64,000 bases of DNA from Candidatus Methylomirabilia bacterium. Lineage in GTDB: Bacteria; Methylomirabilota; Methylomirabilia; Rokubacteriales; CSP1-6. The stretch is taken from contig JBGQHJ010000001.1 in the NCBI GenBank assembly GCA_041497895.1, forward strand, positions 73,947 to 137,946. Reading direction: 5' to 3'. A program made the position numbers and the translations under genes. Of the stretch, positions 1-10,605 are shown piece after piece (the stretch's first letter is position 1; every line of letters starts with the position of its first letter). Below the pieces are notes generated by a model. The model was not told where the DNA came from. It searched no databases and was given only the letters and a program-made list of their open reading frames with translations.

Positions 1-1085
1 GCCCGGGCGAGGTCGCGCCACGTGGCGACGTCACCCCAGCGCGGATCGAGGGCCATCAGCCAGGCCCGCTCGTCCCGGCCGGGCGCCCGCGGTGCCGCGA
101 GGGCGGCCCCGATGAGATCGCGCAGCGCCGGCTCGCCCGCGAGCGCGGCCGCCACGTGATCCTGGGCGGTGAGGTTCCGCGCGCGCGAGAGCCCGGCGGC
201 CAGCGCCCGGAAGAGCGAGTCGGGCGGCGCGGCGGCGCCGTTCCAGGCGGGGAGCGCGGCGCGCAGCTCGCGGAACGGCTCGAGGCGGCCCCAGCGCTCC
301 GCGTCGCTCCAGCCCGCGGTGTTGTCCCACGCCACCACGAAGGCGAGCGCGTCGTCGCCCGCGCCGGTCGCCACGCGGCCGCTGACCTGCTCGTCGAACA
401 GCTCCGGATCGCAGGGATGGTTGTGGGCGCGGCACCAGTCGGCGGTGTACACGCCGCGCAGGTGGTCCACGTGGGCGCGCCGCAGCCCGCGCGCGGGCCG
501 GGGCGGATAGAGCGCGGTCTTCGCCGCGCGGCCGCCATCCCAGAGCGCGAGGGCCACCGGGTGAAACGACGCGAAGTGCACCTGGTTCCGCTGGTAGACG
601 AGCCGGCCGTCCGCGAGGGTGGCCACCGGCCAGCCGGCCAGGACGCCGCGCACCGCGAGATCGGGTCCGAGGACGATCGTGCACTCGGCGGACGGGTTGA
701 TGTGCGCCCGGACGAGGAAGCCGCCGGGGAACCGGTCGAGCGCGAGGCCGGACCGGCACAGCTCGGGCGGGAGCGCGCCGGCGTCGGCCGCTCCGCCCCA
801 GTCGAGCGGCGCGGCGGTCCACCGTCGGGTGGCGCGCTCGAAGCGCACGGCCTGCAGGAGCGGCGCGGCGGGGGGCTTCGCGAGGTAGACCACCAGCAGG
901 TCGCGCTCGTCGTCGAGCAGCTGGTAGGCCTGGAGCGGCTGGTCGGCGGCGGCCGGCGGCGGGGCCGGCACCCCCCGGGCGGCCAGCACCTCGCCGAGGG
1001 TCTCGGCGCGGGCGGGACCGACCACGAGCACGAGTGCGGCGAGCGGCCCGAGCATCGCCCGGCCGCCCGCGGTCCGGATCCCCAT
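1..1085 (-). CDS. Hypothetical exported protein (partial, runs off window start; not in ORF track)
   Basis: Open frame from ATG 1085: MGIRTAGGRAMLGPLAALVLVVGPARAETLGEVL...; signal-peptide-like N-terminus, GC3-rich codons, TATAGT 8 nt upstream. Confidence 0.7.
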   Translation of the reverse strand, partial: MGIRTAGGRAMLGPLAALVLVVGPARAETLGEVLAARGVPAPPPAAADQPLQAYQLLDDERDLLVVYLAKPPAAPLLQAVRFERATRRWTAAPLDWGGAADAGALPPELCRSGLALDRFPGGFLVRAHINPSAECTIVLGPDLAVRGVLAGWPVATLADGRLVYQRNQVHFASFHPVALALWDGGRAAKTALYPPRPARGLRRAHVDHLRGVYTADWCRAHNHPCDPELFDEQVSGRVATGAGDDALAFVVAWDNTAGWSDAERWGRLEPFRELRAALPAWNGAAAPPDSLFRALAAGLSRARNLTAQDHVAAALAGEPALRDLIGAALAAPRAPGRDERAWLMALDPRWGDVATWRDLAR

Positions 1086-1226
1086 GGCCGGCTACTATAC
1101 GCTCCGCTTGACTTTACCGTCGGCGCTGCGGCATAGTCCCCGCACTCGCAGCCCGGTGTAATGACGCACCGGCTCGAGTTCGCTCGAGGTCCTTTCCTTC
1201 ACGCAGACGTGAGAAGGAGAGCCGCG

Positions 1227-2924
1227 ATGCCCGACGATCTCCTCGCCCCGCTTCCCTCCCGGCTCGATCGCCGTCAGTTCCTCACGCGTGCTGGATGGAC
1301 CGGCCTCGGCGCCGGCGCCCTCGTGGTGGGCACCGGGCGGGGGCGCGCGCAGGCCCAGGCGCGGGGGGCCTCCTATCCCGACTGGATCGCGGCCAGCCCG
1401 AAACCGCCCAAGCGCGGCGGCGTGCTGACCCGGGCCTCCTCGTGGGACCCGCCGGTGATCGATCCGCGGCTGACCCAGTCCATCGGGCTCCACCAGTTCG
1501 CGGTCCTCGTCGGCAATCGCCTCGTGCGCTACGCGTTCGCGGACGAGGTGAGCGGCCCCACCGACCTCGGCCTCAAGGGCGACCTCGCGGAGTCGTGGCA
1601 GCCGAGCCCCGACCACCGCGTGTGGACGTTCAAGCTGCGCCAGGGCGTCAAGTGGCAGAACGTGCCGCCACTCAACGGGCGCGAGTTCGTGGCCGCCGAC
1701 GTCAAGTACTGCTTCGAGGCCTACGCGAAGGAGGGGGCGCAGTCCTTCACCTTCCAGGAGGTCGAGGCCATCGAGACGCCGGACAAGTACACGGTCCGGA
1801 TCCACCTCAAGACGCCCAACGTGTTCTTCGCGCACAACCTGGCCGAGCCGATCACCATCCTGTTCGCCCGCGAGGTCCTCGAGCAGGACGGCGACCTCAA
1901 GAAGCATCTGATCGGTACCGGACCGTACATCCTCAAGGAGCACACGCGCAAGGTGAGGGTGGTGCTGCAGCGGAACCCCGACTACTTCGACAAGGGGCGC
2001 CCCTACTTCGACGAGTACGTCATCCTCTCGACCCCCGACGCCGCGACCCGCATGGCCGCGTTCCGCACCGGGCAGAGCGACATCATCTGGCTGGCGAGCC
2101 CCTCGGAGGTGGAGACGGTCCGCAAGACCAACCCGAGCGCCCTCGTGCAGTCGTACCACAACACGCTGACCCCGTTCGGGGTGGCCCTCGCCCAGGACAA
2201 GCCGCCCTTCAACGACGTCCGCGTGCGCCGTGCGCTGTCCATGGCGATCGACCGGCAGAAGCAGGCCGACACGCTGTTCGAGGGGCACGGCATCATCGGC
2301 TGGGGCGTGCCGTACATCTACTACCAGGACAAGGCGCCGACCCTGGCCGACCTCGGGCCGTGGTGGCAGTATCGCCCCGCGGAGGCCAAGAAGCTCCTGG
2401 CCGACGCCGGCCACCCGAACGGCTTGGAGACCACGCTGTTCTATTACGAGTACTTCCCGCAGATGACCTCGCAGGTGCAGCTCGTGCAGCAGGACCTCAA
2501 GCGCAACCTCAACGTCGACGTCAAGATCACCAAGCTCGACTACACGACCTACTACGGCCGCTACGCCGAGAACAAGTGGGACGGCATGTCCTGGGGCTTC
2601 CAGTCGGGGCACGCGGTGGGCCTCGACGAGCGCACCTACCAGTACATGCACTCGAAGTCGACGAAGAACTTCTTCCGCGTCAACGACCCGGTGATCGACC
2701 AGCTCACCACCAAGCTGCGCCAGACGCCGGACCGTGCCGACCAGCGGACCCTCACGAAGAAGATCGTCGACCGAGAATTCGATCAGGTCCTCCGGATGTG
2801 GATGCCCTACGACAACGGGTTCCTGGTCTTCCAGCCGCACCTGCGGAACGGGGCGGCCCTGGCCCTGCGGCGGACCGACGGCTACGGCGCCTCCGCGATC
2901 GCCCGGGTCTGGCCGGACAAGTAG
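1227..2924 (+). CDS. ABC transporter substrate-binding protein, family 5 (peptide/nickel), Tat signal
   Basis: RRQFL twin-Arg motif; LAESW..SPD...WTFKLRQGVKW motif; GTGPY; RBS AAGGAG before ATG 1227. Confidence 0.92.
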   Translation: MPDDLLAPLPSRLDRRQFLTRAGWTGLGAGALVVGTGRGRAQAQARGASYPDWIAASPKPPKRGGVLTRASSWDPPVIDPRLTQSIGLHQFAVLVGNRLVRYAFADEVSGPTDLGLKGDLAESWQPSPDHRVWTFKLRQGVKWQNVPPLNGREFVAADVKYCFEAYAKEGAQSFTFQEVEAIETPDKYTVRIHLKTPNVFFAHNLAEPITILFAREVLEQDGDLKKHLIGTGPYILKEHTRKVRVVLQRNPDYFDKGRPYFDEYVILSTPDAATRMAAFRTGQSDIIWLASPSEVETVRKTNPSALVQSYHNTLTPFGVALAQDKPPFNDVRVRRALSMAIDRQKQADTLFEGHGIIGWGVPYIYYQDKAPTLADLGPWWQYRPAEAKKLLADAGHPNGLETTLFYYEYFPQMTSQVQLVQQDLKRNLNVDVKITKLDYTTYYGRYAENKWDGMSWGFQSGHAVGLDERTYQYMHSKSTKNFFRVNDPVIDQLTTKLRQTPDRADQRTLTKKIVDREFDQVLRMWMPYDNGFLVFQPHLRNGAALALRRTDGYGASAIARVWPDK

Positions 2925-2958
2925 CGGGGCGCGGCGGCGGGGGCGGGGGCAGCGCTCC

Positions 2959-3909
2959 GTGTACAAGTACGCGATCCGCCGGCTCATGCTGGCGGTACCG
3001 GTCCTGCTGCTGTCGTCGCTGATCGTGTTCGGCCTCATGCGGGTGATGCCGGGCGACGCGCTCACCGCCCTCATGGGCGAGTCCGGCAACATCGGCGAGC
3101 GGGAACTCGCCAAGATCCGCAAGGACCTGCGCCTCGACCTGCCGTACCACGAGCAGTACCTCCTGTGGGTGTGGCAGATGGTGAGCTTCCACCCCGGCGA
3201 CTCGATCTTCACCGGCGAGCCGATCGCGGTGAGCCTCGCCAAGGCGGTGCCGGTCACCGTCGAGCTCGCCGCGCTCGCGATGGTGCTGGGGCTGATCATC
3301 GCGGTGCCCATCGGCGTGCTCTCGGCCACGCGCCAGGACTCCGCCTCGGATTACGTGGGCCGGGTGGTGGCGGTCTCCGGACTCTCGTTCCCGGACTTCT
3401 GGCTGGGTACGCTCGTGATCACCTTCGCGGCGATCTGGTTCCACTGGATCCCCGCGATCGGCTACGTGAGCTTCTGGGAGTCGCCCCTGCGCAACCTCCA
3501 GCAGTTCCTCCTCCCCGCCGCGGTGCTGGGCTTCCGGCTCTCCGCCGCGACGATGCGAATGACCCGCTCGACCGTGCTCGAGGTCCTGCGCGAGGACTAC
3601 GTGCGCACCGCCTGGGCCAAGGGCCTCGAGGGCCGCATCGTGGTCTACAAGCACGCGCTCAAGAACGCGCTGATCCCGGTGGTCACCATCGTGGGCGGCC
3701 AGCTCGGCGTGCTCCTGGCCGGCACGGTGGTGGTGGAGACGATCTTCGCCCTGCCCGGCATGGGCCGTCTCACGGTGGAGGCGATTCTCTTCCGCGACTA
3801 CCCGGTGGTGCAGACCAACGTGATGCTGGTGGCGGGCACCCTGGTCTCCCTGAACCTCCTGGTGGACCTCACCTACGCGTGGCTCGATCCGCGAATCCGC
3901 TATCGATGA
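2959..3909 (+). CDS. Peptide ABC transporter permease (DppB/OppB-like)
   Basis: MPGD motif, EDYVRTAWAKGL EAA loop, RDYPVVQ, C-terminal DPRIR. Confidence 0.92.
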   Translation: MYKYAIRRLMLAVPVLLLSSLIVFGLMRVMPGDALTALMGESGNIGERELAKIRKDLRLDLPYHEQYLLWVWQMVSFHPGDSIFTGEPIAVSLAKAVPVTVELAALAMVLGLIIAVPIGVLSATRQDSASDYVGRVVAVSGLSFPDFWLGTLVITFAAIWFHWIPAIGYVSFWESPLRNLQQFLLPAAVLGFRLSAATMRMTRSTVLEVLREDYVRTAWAKGLEGRIVVYKHALKNALIPVVTIVGGQLGVLLAGTVVVETIFALPGMGRLTVEAILFRDYPVVQTNVMLVAGTLVSLNLLVDLTYAWLDPRIRYR

Positions 3910-3925
3910 CGGGCGAGGAGCGCCG

Positions 3926-4828
3926 ATGGCGACCGTGACCGCGCGCACCGCGGCCGACCTCGAGACCGAGTCGACCGTCGAGATCGGCCGGCTCCGGTCG
4001 CTCTGGACCGCCATGCGGCGCAAGCCGCTCGGCGCGGCCTCGGCGCTGCTCATCGCGACGCTGGTGCTGACCGCGATCCTGGCCGACGTGATCGCTCCCT
4101 ACGATCCGCTCGCGGCCCAGCCCGAGATCCGCCTGGCCGCGCCCAGCTGGGACCACCCCTTCGGCACCGACGACATCGGCCGCGACGTGCTGAGCCGGGT
4201 CATCCACGGCAGCCGCATCTCGCTGTGGGTGGGGCTGCTCGCGGTGGGCATCGGCACCGTGGCGGGCATGATCATCGGCCTGCTGTCGGGCTACTGCGAG
4301 GGCCGGACCGATCTGATCCTGCAGCGGCTGATGGACGGCATCCAGGCCATCCCGGGGCTGGTGCTGGCCCTGGCCATCGTCTCGGTGCTGCGGCCGAACA
4401 CGACCAACGCGATGATCGCGATCGCGATGGTGATCATCCCGGGCAACTCGCGCATCGTGCGCGGGGCGGTGCTCTCGGCCAAGCAGAACCGCTACGTGGA
4501 GGCCGCGCAGGCCATCGGCTGCCGCCACCCGCGGATCATCCTGAGCCACATCCTGCCCAACGTGACCGCGCCCATCCTGGTCATCGCCTCGATCTGGCTC
4601 GGCAACGCGATCCTGATCGAGGCCACGCTGTCCTTCCTCGGGGTCGGCACCCAGCCGCCCACGCCCTCCTGGGGCCTGATGCTCAGCAGCACCGGGCGGG
4701 CGTTCATGGAGCAGGCGCCGTGGCTCGCCCTCTTTCCCGGGCTCGCCATCAGCCTGTCCGTGCTCGGTTTCAATCTCTTCGGCGACACGCTGCGCGACGC
4801 GTGGGATCCGAAGCTGCGACGGAGCTAG
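3926..4828 (+). CDS. Peptide ABC transporter permease (DppC/OppC-like)
   Basis: HPFGTDDIGRD, YVEAAQAIG, PPTPSWG, GDTLRDAWDP motifs. Confidence 0.92.
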   Translation: MATVTARTAADLETESTVEIGRLRSLWTAMRRKPLGAASALLIATLVLTAILADVIAPYDPLAAQPEIRLAAPSWDHPFGTDDIGRDVLSRVIHGSRISLWVGLLAVGIGTVAGMIIGLLSGYCEGRTDLILQRLMDGIQAIPGLVLALAIVSVLRPNTTNAMIAIAMVIIPGNSRIVRGAVLSAKQNRYVEAAQAIGCRHPRIILSHILPNVTAPILVIASIWLGNAILIEATLSFLGVGTQPPTPSWGLMLSSTGRAFMEQAPWLALFPGLAISLSVLGFNLFGDTLRDAWDPKLRRS

Positions 4829-4935
4829 GCGGGCCGACCGCGGCTTGACACGACCCGCGCGCTGTGGGAGGTTCGCCGCCAATCGGTCCACAGCGTCGCG
4901 GTGCACGTTCCGCCGGTCGGGAGGCCCGTCCCTTC

Positions 4936-6495
4936 ATGATCCTCCGTCACAGTCGTCGCGCGATCCAGGCCGGTCTGCTCGGCATCGCCCTGCTGCTCGT
5001 CCTGCCGGTGGGTCACGGCCCCGACCGAGCACGCGCCCAGGCCCGGCCGGAGGGGGAGATGCGCTGGGCCCTCTACGTGACCCTCTCCCCGGCCTGGTTC
5101 GATCCGGCGGAGGTGGTGGGCGTCATCACCCCGTTCTGGGTGCTCTTCGCGATGCACGACGCGCTGGTCAAGCCGATGCCGGGCGGCATGCTGACCCCGA
5201 GCCTCGCCGAGTCGTGGAAGGTGAGCCCGGACCACCGCGTGTACGAGTTCAAGCTGCGCGAGGGGCTCAAGTTCCACAACGGCGACCCGTTCACCGCGGA
5301 CGACGTCAAGTTCAGCTTCCTGCGGGCCAAGGGGGCCCGGATCCTCCAGGAGAAGGTGAAGGACATCGAGATCGCGGGGCCCTACCGGGTGCGCTTCCAC
5401 CTGCACGAGCCCTGGCCCGACTTCATGACCTTCTACGGGACGTTCGCCACCGGCGCGGGCTGGATCGTTCCCAAGAAGTACATGGAGCAGGTGGGGCCCG
5501 ACGGCTTCAAGAAGAACCCGGTCGGGCTCGGGCCCTACAAGTTCGTCAGCCACACCCCGGGCGTGGAGCTCGTGATGGAGGCCAACGAGACCTACTGGCG
5601 CAAGATGCCCTCGGTGAAGCGGCTCGTCTACAAGAGCGTGCCGGAGGCGACCACCCGCCTGGCCATGCTCAAGCGCGGCGAGGTCGATCTGGCCTACCTG
5701 CTCGACGCCCCGCAGGCCCTCGAGGTGAAGCGCGATCCCAACTTCAAGCTCGCGTTCTCGGGCGGCATCGGGACGTTCTACCTGGACTTCCTCGACCAGG
5801 CCGATCCGAAGTCGCCGTGGCACGACCGCCGGGTCCGGCTCGCGGCCAGCCACGCGATGGACCGCAAGGCGCTGAGCGAGGCCGAAACCCTCGGGGCCTC
5901 CCGGCCCACCGGCAGCATGATCCCGCCCAAGTTCGAGTTCGCGCTGCCGCTCGAGCCGCATCCCTACAACCCGGCCCGCGCCAAGCAGCTGCTGGCCGAG
6001 GCGGGGTACCCGAACGGCTTCGACGCGGGCGATCTCTACCCGTGGCCGCCGTACACCACGATGGGGGAGGCGGTCGGCGGGTACCTGGGCGCGGTGGGGA
6101 TCAAGGTGCGCCTGCGGACGATGGAGCGGGCCGCCTTCTACTCGACGCTGGCCTCGAAGAAGATCCACGGGCTCTGCGTGTGCATCAACGCGGTCTACGG
6201 CAACGCCGCCTCCCGGATGGCCGAGACGGTGCCGAGCGACGGCGCGTTCTCCTACGCGGGCGAGGCCGACATCGACGCGCTCTACAAGCAGCAGAGCCGG
6301 GAGACCGACCCCCGCAAGCGGGAGGCGCTGCTGCACCAGATCCAGCGGACCCTCCACGAGCGGGTCCGCTTCGCGCCGATCATGGACTTCATCTGGCCGA
6401 GCGGGGTGAGTACCCGGGTGGCCGAGCCCGCCCTGATGCTGATCGATCCCTACCCCTGGTCGGCGCCCCTGGAGGACGTGCGGCTCAAGAAGTGA
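4936..6495 (+). CDS. ABC transporter substrate-binding protein, family 5
   Basis: LAESW.VSPD..VYEFKLREGLKFHNGDPFTADDVKFS signature; signal peptide; start uncertain (4864 or 4936). Confidence 0.9.
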   Translation: MILRHSRRAIQAGLLGIALLLVLPVGHGPDRARAQARPEGEMRWALYVTLSPAWFDPAEVVGVITPFWVLFAMHDALVKPMPGGMLTPSLAESWKVSPDHRVYEFKLREGLKFHNGDPFTADDVKFSFLRAKGARILQEKVKDIEIAGPYRVRFHLHEPWPDFMTFYGTFATGAGWIVPKKYMEQVGPDGFKKNPVGLGPYKFVSHTPGVELVMEANETYWRKMPSVKRLVYKSVPEATTRLAMLKRGEVDLAYLLDAPQALEVKRDPNFKLAFSGGIGTFYLDFLDQADPKSPWHDRRVRLAASHAMDRKALSEAETLGASRPTGSMIPPKFEFALPLEPHPYNPARAKQLLAEAGYPNGFDAGDLYPWPPYTTMGEAVGGYLGAVGIKVRLRTMERAAFYSTLASKKIHGLCVCINAVYGNAASRMAETVPSDGAFSYAGEADIDALYKQQSRETDPRKREALLHQIQRTLHERVRFAPIMDFIWPSGVSTRVAEPALMLIDPYPWSAPLEDVRLKK

Positions 6496-6910
6496 CGCGC
6501 CCGGGCCGGGTCAGCCGGCGCCGGCCCTCGGCCGCGAGCAGCTCGTTGGTGGCGCGCAGCTTGACCGAGAGATCGCGGATGATTGCCACCGCCAGGGTCG
6601 GGTTGGTGCGCACCAGGTGGTGGAGCCGCTTCGCCGGGATGACCACCAGCGTGACCAGCTCGGCGGCCACCGCGGTCGCCGAGCGGGGGGAGCTGCCGAA
6701 GAGCCCGAGCTCGCCCAGGAGCTCGCCCTTGACGTAGGTCCGCAGCAGGCGCTGCTCGTCGGCCACCGCCTTTCGGACGTCGACCCGGCCCGCGTGGACC
6801 AGGTAGGCCTCGTCCCGCGGATCGTCGCCCTCGCGGAAGATCACCTCGCCCGCGCGGAACACGCGGGTCTGGACGTTTCCCGGTTTGGGGGTCCCCGGCT
6901 TGGAGTTCAT
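6485..6910 (-). CDS. Stand-alone cyclic nucleotide-binding domain protein
   Basis: GEVIFREGD...G...GELGLF...PRSATAVA cNMP motif; RBS-like GGGGG upstream. Confidence 0.85.
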   Translation of the reverse strand: MNSKPGTPKPGNVQTRVFRAGEVIFREGDDPRDEAYLVHAGRVDVRKAVADEQRLLRTYVKGELLGELGLFGSSPRSATAVAAELVTLVVIPAKRLHHLVRTNPTLAVAIIRDLSVKLRATNELLAAEGRRRLTRPGRVTS

Positions 6911-6965
6911 GGTCTTCAACCCCCCTATAATAAGCGGTGCGACCGACGAATACCGGAGGGAACGG

Positions 6966-7715
6966 ATGCGACTCGCGGGCAAGGTGGCGCTGGTCACGGG
7001 CGGGCAGCAGGGAATCGGCCGGGCCATCGCGCTGGCCATGGCGGGCGAGGGCGCGGATGTCGGGCTGAACTTCCTCGACGACCCGGCGGCGGCCGAGGGC
7101 GTGGCCGGAGAGATCCGGGGGCTCGGGCGCCGGGCGCTCACCGTCAAGGGCGACGTCGCGCGGGCCGCGGACGTGCAGGCGCTGGTCGCCGCGGTCACCG
7201 GTGGCCTCGGGCCGCCCGACGTCCTGGTCAACAACGCGGGCGTCTTCCCCCGCTCGCCGTTCCTCGAGCTGACCGAGCGCGAGTGGGATCACGTGCTGGG
7301 CGTGAACCTCAAGGGCGGCTTCCTCTGCGCCCAGGCGGTGGCGCGCGCGATGGTGGCCGCGGGCCGGGCCGGGGCCATCGTCAACATCTCCTCGTCGGCG
7401 GTCCGCGGCGACCCGCGGGGCGTGCACTACTCGGCGAGCAAGGCGGGGGTGATCGGCCTCACGCGCGCGATGGCGCTGGCCCTGGCGCCGCACCGCATCC
7501 GGGTCAACGCCATCGCGCCCGGGCTCACCGACACCGCGCAGCCGCGCTACGGCAACACCGAGGACCAGATCGCGGCCCGCGCGCGCGAGATCCCGCTCGG
7601 GCGAATGGCCCGGCCGGAGGAGATCGCGCGGGTCGCGGTCTTCCTCGCCTCCGAGGACGCGAGCCAGATCACCGGTGAGCTGATCCACGTCAACGGGGGG
7701 GCCTACCTGGCCTGA
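6966..7715 (+). CDS. SDR family oxidoreductase (FabG-like)
   Basis: TGGQQGIG, NNAG, YSASK; RBS GGAGG. Confidence 0.92.
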   Translation: MRLAGKVALVTGGQQGIGRAIALAMAGEGADVGLNFLDDPAAAEGVAGEIRGLGRRALTVKGDVARAADVQALVAAVTGGLGPPDVLVNNAGVFPRSPFLELTEREWDHVLGVNLKGGFLCAQAVARAMVAAGRAGAIVNISSSAVRGDPRGVHYSASKAGVIGLTRAMALALAPHRIRVNAIAPGLTDTAQPRYGNTEDQIAARAREIPLGRMARPEEIARVAVFLASEDASQITGELIHVNGGAYLA

Positions 7716-7739
7716 GGCGGCCGGGCGGCAGCGCGCGCG

Positions 7740-8864
7740 ATGTGCGGATCGGCGGAGGACGCGGCGGGCGTGGGCCTGACGCGGCGGCGGCTCCTGGCCG
7801 GGGCCGGCGCGGCCCTCGGCGCGGCGGCGCTCGGCGGCTGCGCGGGCATCCACCGCCGGCGTCTCGACGAGCTCGACCCGCGGGTGCCCGCCCTGCTCGC
7901 CGCCACCACGTCGGTGGACTTCCACACCCACGCCGCCGGCGCGGGCTACGCGCGGGCGCCGCGCTTCGACCTGGCCGATCACATGCGGCGCGGCCGGCTC
8001 AGCGCGGTCTGCCTGTGCCACTCGGCCGACGGCCCGGTCATCCGGCGCCCGGTGGGCGGGGGGCGCATCCGCCAGTACCGCGACCCGGCCGAGGGCGAGC
8101 TGCGCGCTCACACCGAGCGGCGGCTCGCGTTCATGGACGCGCTGGTGGCGCAGCACGGCATGACCCGCGTGCTGACCCCGGACGATCTCGAGGCGGCGCG
8201 CGCGGCCGGGCAGCCCGCGCTCATCGGCACGATCGAGGGCTGCCAGTTCATGGACGGCCGGCTCGAGCGCGTGCGCGAGGTGTACGACCGCGGGGTCCGG
8301 CACCTCCAGCTCGTGCACTACATGCCGAGCGATCTCGGCGACCAGCAGACCGAGGACCCCCGCTGGGGCGGGCTGAGCCCGCTCGGCGCCGACGTCATCC
8401 GCGAATGCAACCGGCTCGGCATCGTGGTGGACGTGGCCCACGGCACCCACGCGCTGGTGCAGCAGGCCGCCACGGTGACCACCACGCCCTTCGTGCTCTC
8501 GCACACCTCGCTCGCCCGCGGTCCCCTCGGCGCCTACACGCGGCTGATCTCGGCCGAGCACGCGCGGCTCATGGCCCAGGTGGGCGGGGTCATCGGGGTG
8601 TGGCCGAGCGGCTTCTCGTTCGTGGACGCGCGGGACTGGGTGGGCGGCATCGCCCGCATGGTCGACGCGGCCGGGGTGGATCACGTGGGCATCGGCACCG
8701 ACATGGAGGGCGGCGTGAACGAGGTGTGGGACGACTACGCGGACCTGCCCGCGGTGGCCGATCTCCTGCTCCGGCAGGGCTTCAGCCCGGCCGAGGCCGG
8801 GAAGCTGCTCGGCGGCAACTACGTGCGGGTGTTCCGCGCGGCGGCGGCGGCCCGGCGCGCCTGA
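7740..8864 (+). CDS. Membrane dipeptidase (peptidase M19) family, Tat lipoprotein-like
   Basis: DFHTH, IEG, VVDVAH, LSHT, HVGIGTD motifs; TRRRLL...GGC signal. Confidence 0.85.
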   Translation: MCGSAEDAAGVGLTRRRLLAGAGAALGAAALGGCAGIHRRRLDELDPRVPALLAATTSVDFHTHAAGAGYARAPRFDLADHMRRGRLSAVCLCHSADGPVIRRPVGGGRIRQYRDPAEGELRAHTERRLAFMDALVAQHGMTRVLTPDDLEAARAAGQPALIGTIEGCQFMDGRLERVREVYDRGVRHLQLVHYMPSDLGDQQTEDPRWGGLSPLGADVIRECNRLGIVVDVAHGTHALVQQAATVTTTPFVLSHTSLARGPLGAYTRLISAEHARLMAQVGGVIGVWPSGFSFVDARDWVGGIARMVDAAGVDHVGIGTDMEGGVNEVWDDYADLPAVADLLLRQGFSPAEAGKLLGGNYVRVFRAAAAARRA

Positions 8865-8912
8865 GCGCGCCTCCGGCTGGCGCGCGGTGGTAGGCTCGAC
8901 TCCGGAGGACCC

Positions 8913-9293
8913 ATGACCATGGCCAGAGGACCTGTCGTCAATCCGCAGATCACCATCGAGCCGAATCCGAACCGGGTGATCGTCCGGCTGGACGGGGTGA
9001 TCATCGCCGACTCCACCCGCGCGCTCGTGATGCGCGCGCCCGGTACCCCCGACCAGCAGTACATCCCGCGCGAGGACGTGGACATGGCCCGGCTCTCGCG
9101 CACGACCCACGCCACCCACTGCCCGTACAAGGGCGACGCGTCCTACTGGACGATCCAGGGGAAGGGGCGCGAGGTCCCGAACGGGGTGTGGAGCTACGAG
9201 GCGCCGTACGAGGCGATGGCGCCCATCAAGGGCCACCTCGCGTTCTACGTCGACCGGGTGGACCCGCTCGAGGAGCGGCCCGTCTCGGCCTGA
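8913..9293 (+). CDS. DUF427 domain protein
   Basis: THCPYKGDASYW and WSYEAP...IKGHLAFY motifs. Confidence 0.88.
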   Translation: MTMARGPVVNPQITIEPNPNRVIVRLDGVIIADSTRALVMRAPGTPDQQYIPREDVDMARLSRTTHATHCPYKGDASYWTIQGKGREVPNGVWSYEAPYEAMAPIKGHLAFYVDRVDPLEERPVSA

Positions 9294-9366
9294 CGCCGGC
9301 CTCCCGGCCGGGGGGCGGTGCGCCCATCAGCTTCCTGGGCTAGAATCCGCCCGGGAGGCAACCTAC

Positions 9367-9774
9367 ATGAGCGACCCCCGGGTGGTCCGGCTCGACGAGA
9401 CCGAGCGCGTGAGCTTCGGCCCGCTGTCCCACTACCAGCCCATCATCGGCGACGACGCGGGCAGCACGCCGCTCCGCACCGGCATCCAGACCGCGCGGCC
9501 GGGCTACGTGGCGCCGGTGCACTCGCACCCGTACCTCGAGGTCCTGCACATCCTCGACGGGAGCGCGGAGGCGTGGATCGACGGCCAGGAGGATCGCGCG
9601 GTGGTGCTGCGGAAGGGCGACACGATCGCGCTGCCGCCCCACACCCCGCACTCGTTCCGGGTGGTGGGGGACCAGGAGCTGCGCCTGCTCGGCACGCACG
9701 CCTCGCCGACCCGGATCGTCGACTACAAGGACGGGGGCGCGAGCGACGCGCACGGCTACCGGGTGCAGGAGTGA
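9367..9774 (+). CDS. Cupin domain protein
   Basis: HSHPYLE...G...GD...PPHTPH cupin motifs; RBS GGAGG. Confidence 0.85.
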   Translation: MSDPRVVRLDETERVSFGPLSHYQPIIGDDAGSTPLRTGIQTARPGYVAPVHSHPYLEVLHILDGSAEAWIDGQEDRAVVLRKGDTIALPPHTPHSFRVVGDQELRLLGTHASPTRIVDYKDGGASDAHGYRVQE

Positions 9775-9778
9775 TCGC

Positions 9779-10597
9779 GTGAGGCTCGGGGTCAGCGTCC
9801 CGACGGCGCGCCCGGACGGCGCCCCGCTCACCGGGAGGGCGCTGGTCGGCAGCGCGCGCCACATCGAGCAGGCCGGCTTCGACAGCGCGTGGTTCTTCGA
9901 CGCGATCGGCCGCGGCTTCATGCTGCCCGATCCGCTCATCGGCGCCTCGGTCGCGGCCGCGGTGACCACGCGCATCGAGATCGGGACCGGCGTGCTGCAG
10001 GTTCCGCTGCGCAACCCGGTGGAGCTGGCGCACCGCATCCTCACCGCGCACCTGATCTGCGGGGGCCGCCTCCTGCTCGGGGTCGGCGCGGGCTCGACGC
10101 CCGGCGACTTCGAGGCCCTCGGCCTCGACTTCACCCGGCGCATGCGCACGCTCGAGGAGTCGCTCGCGACGATGCGTCGGCTCTGGCGGGGAGAGAGGGT
10201 CGGCGCCGCCGACCTCACTCCGTGGCCGGCCGCGGTCGGCGGCCCCGCGGTGCTGATCGGCAGCTGGAAGGGCGAGCGCTGGATCCCGCGGGCGGCCCGC
10301 GAGTTCGACGGCTGGATCGCCTCGGGGGCCAAGACCAGCCTCCAGGCGCTCGCCGAGGGGATCGGCCGCTACCGCGCCGCGGGCGGCAAGCGGGCGATCG
10401 TGACCAACATCGCGGTGGATCTCTCCGCGCCCACCGAGCCACTGCCGGACAGCGCGCCCTTCCACCTGCGCTGCGCCCCGGACGCGGCGGCCCGGCGGCT
10501 GCAACAGGTGCGCGACCTGGGCTTCGACGACGCCATCCTCGTGCTCAAGACGCCGACCGAGGCGGGGCTCGCCGCGGCGCGCGCCCTTCTCCGCTGA
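9779..10597 (+). CDS. LLM class flavin-dependent oxidoreductase
   Basis: GFDSAW..D, PDP, TTRIEIGTGV, GGRLLLGVGAG. Confidence 0.88.
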   Translation: MRLGVSVPTARPDGAPLTGRALVGSARHIEQAGFDSAWFFDAIGRGFMLPDPLIGASVAAAVTTRIEIGTGVLQVPLRNPVELAHRILTAHLICGGRLLLGVGAGSTPGDFEALGLDFTRRMRTLEESLATMRRLWRGERVGAADLTPWPAAVGGPAVLIGSWKGERWIPRAAREFDGWIASGAKTSLQALAEGIGRYRAAGGKRAIVTNIAVDLSAPTEPLPDSAPFHLRCAPDAAARRLQQVRDLGFDDAILVLKTPTEAGLAAARALLR

Positions 10598-10605
10598 GCC
10601 GGGCC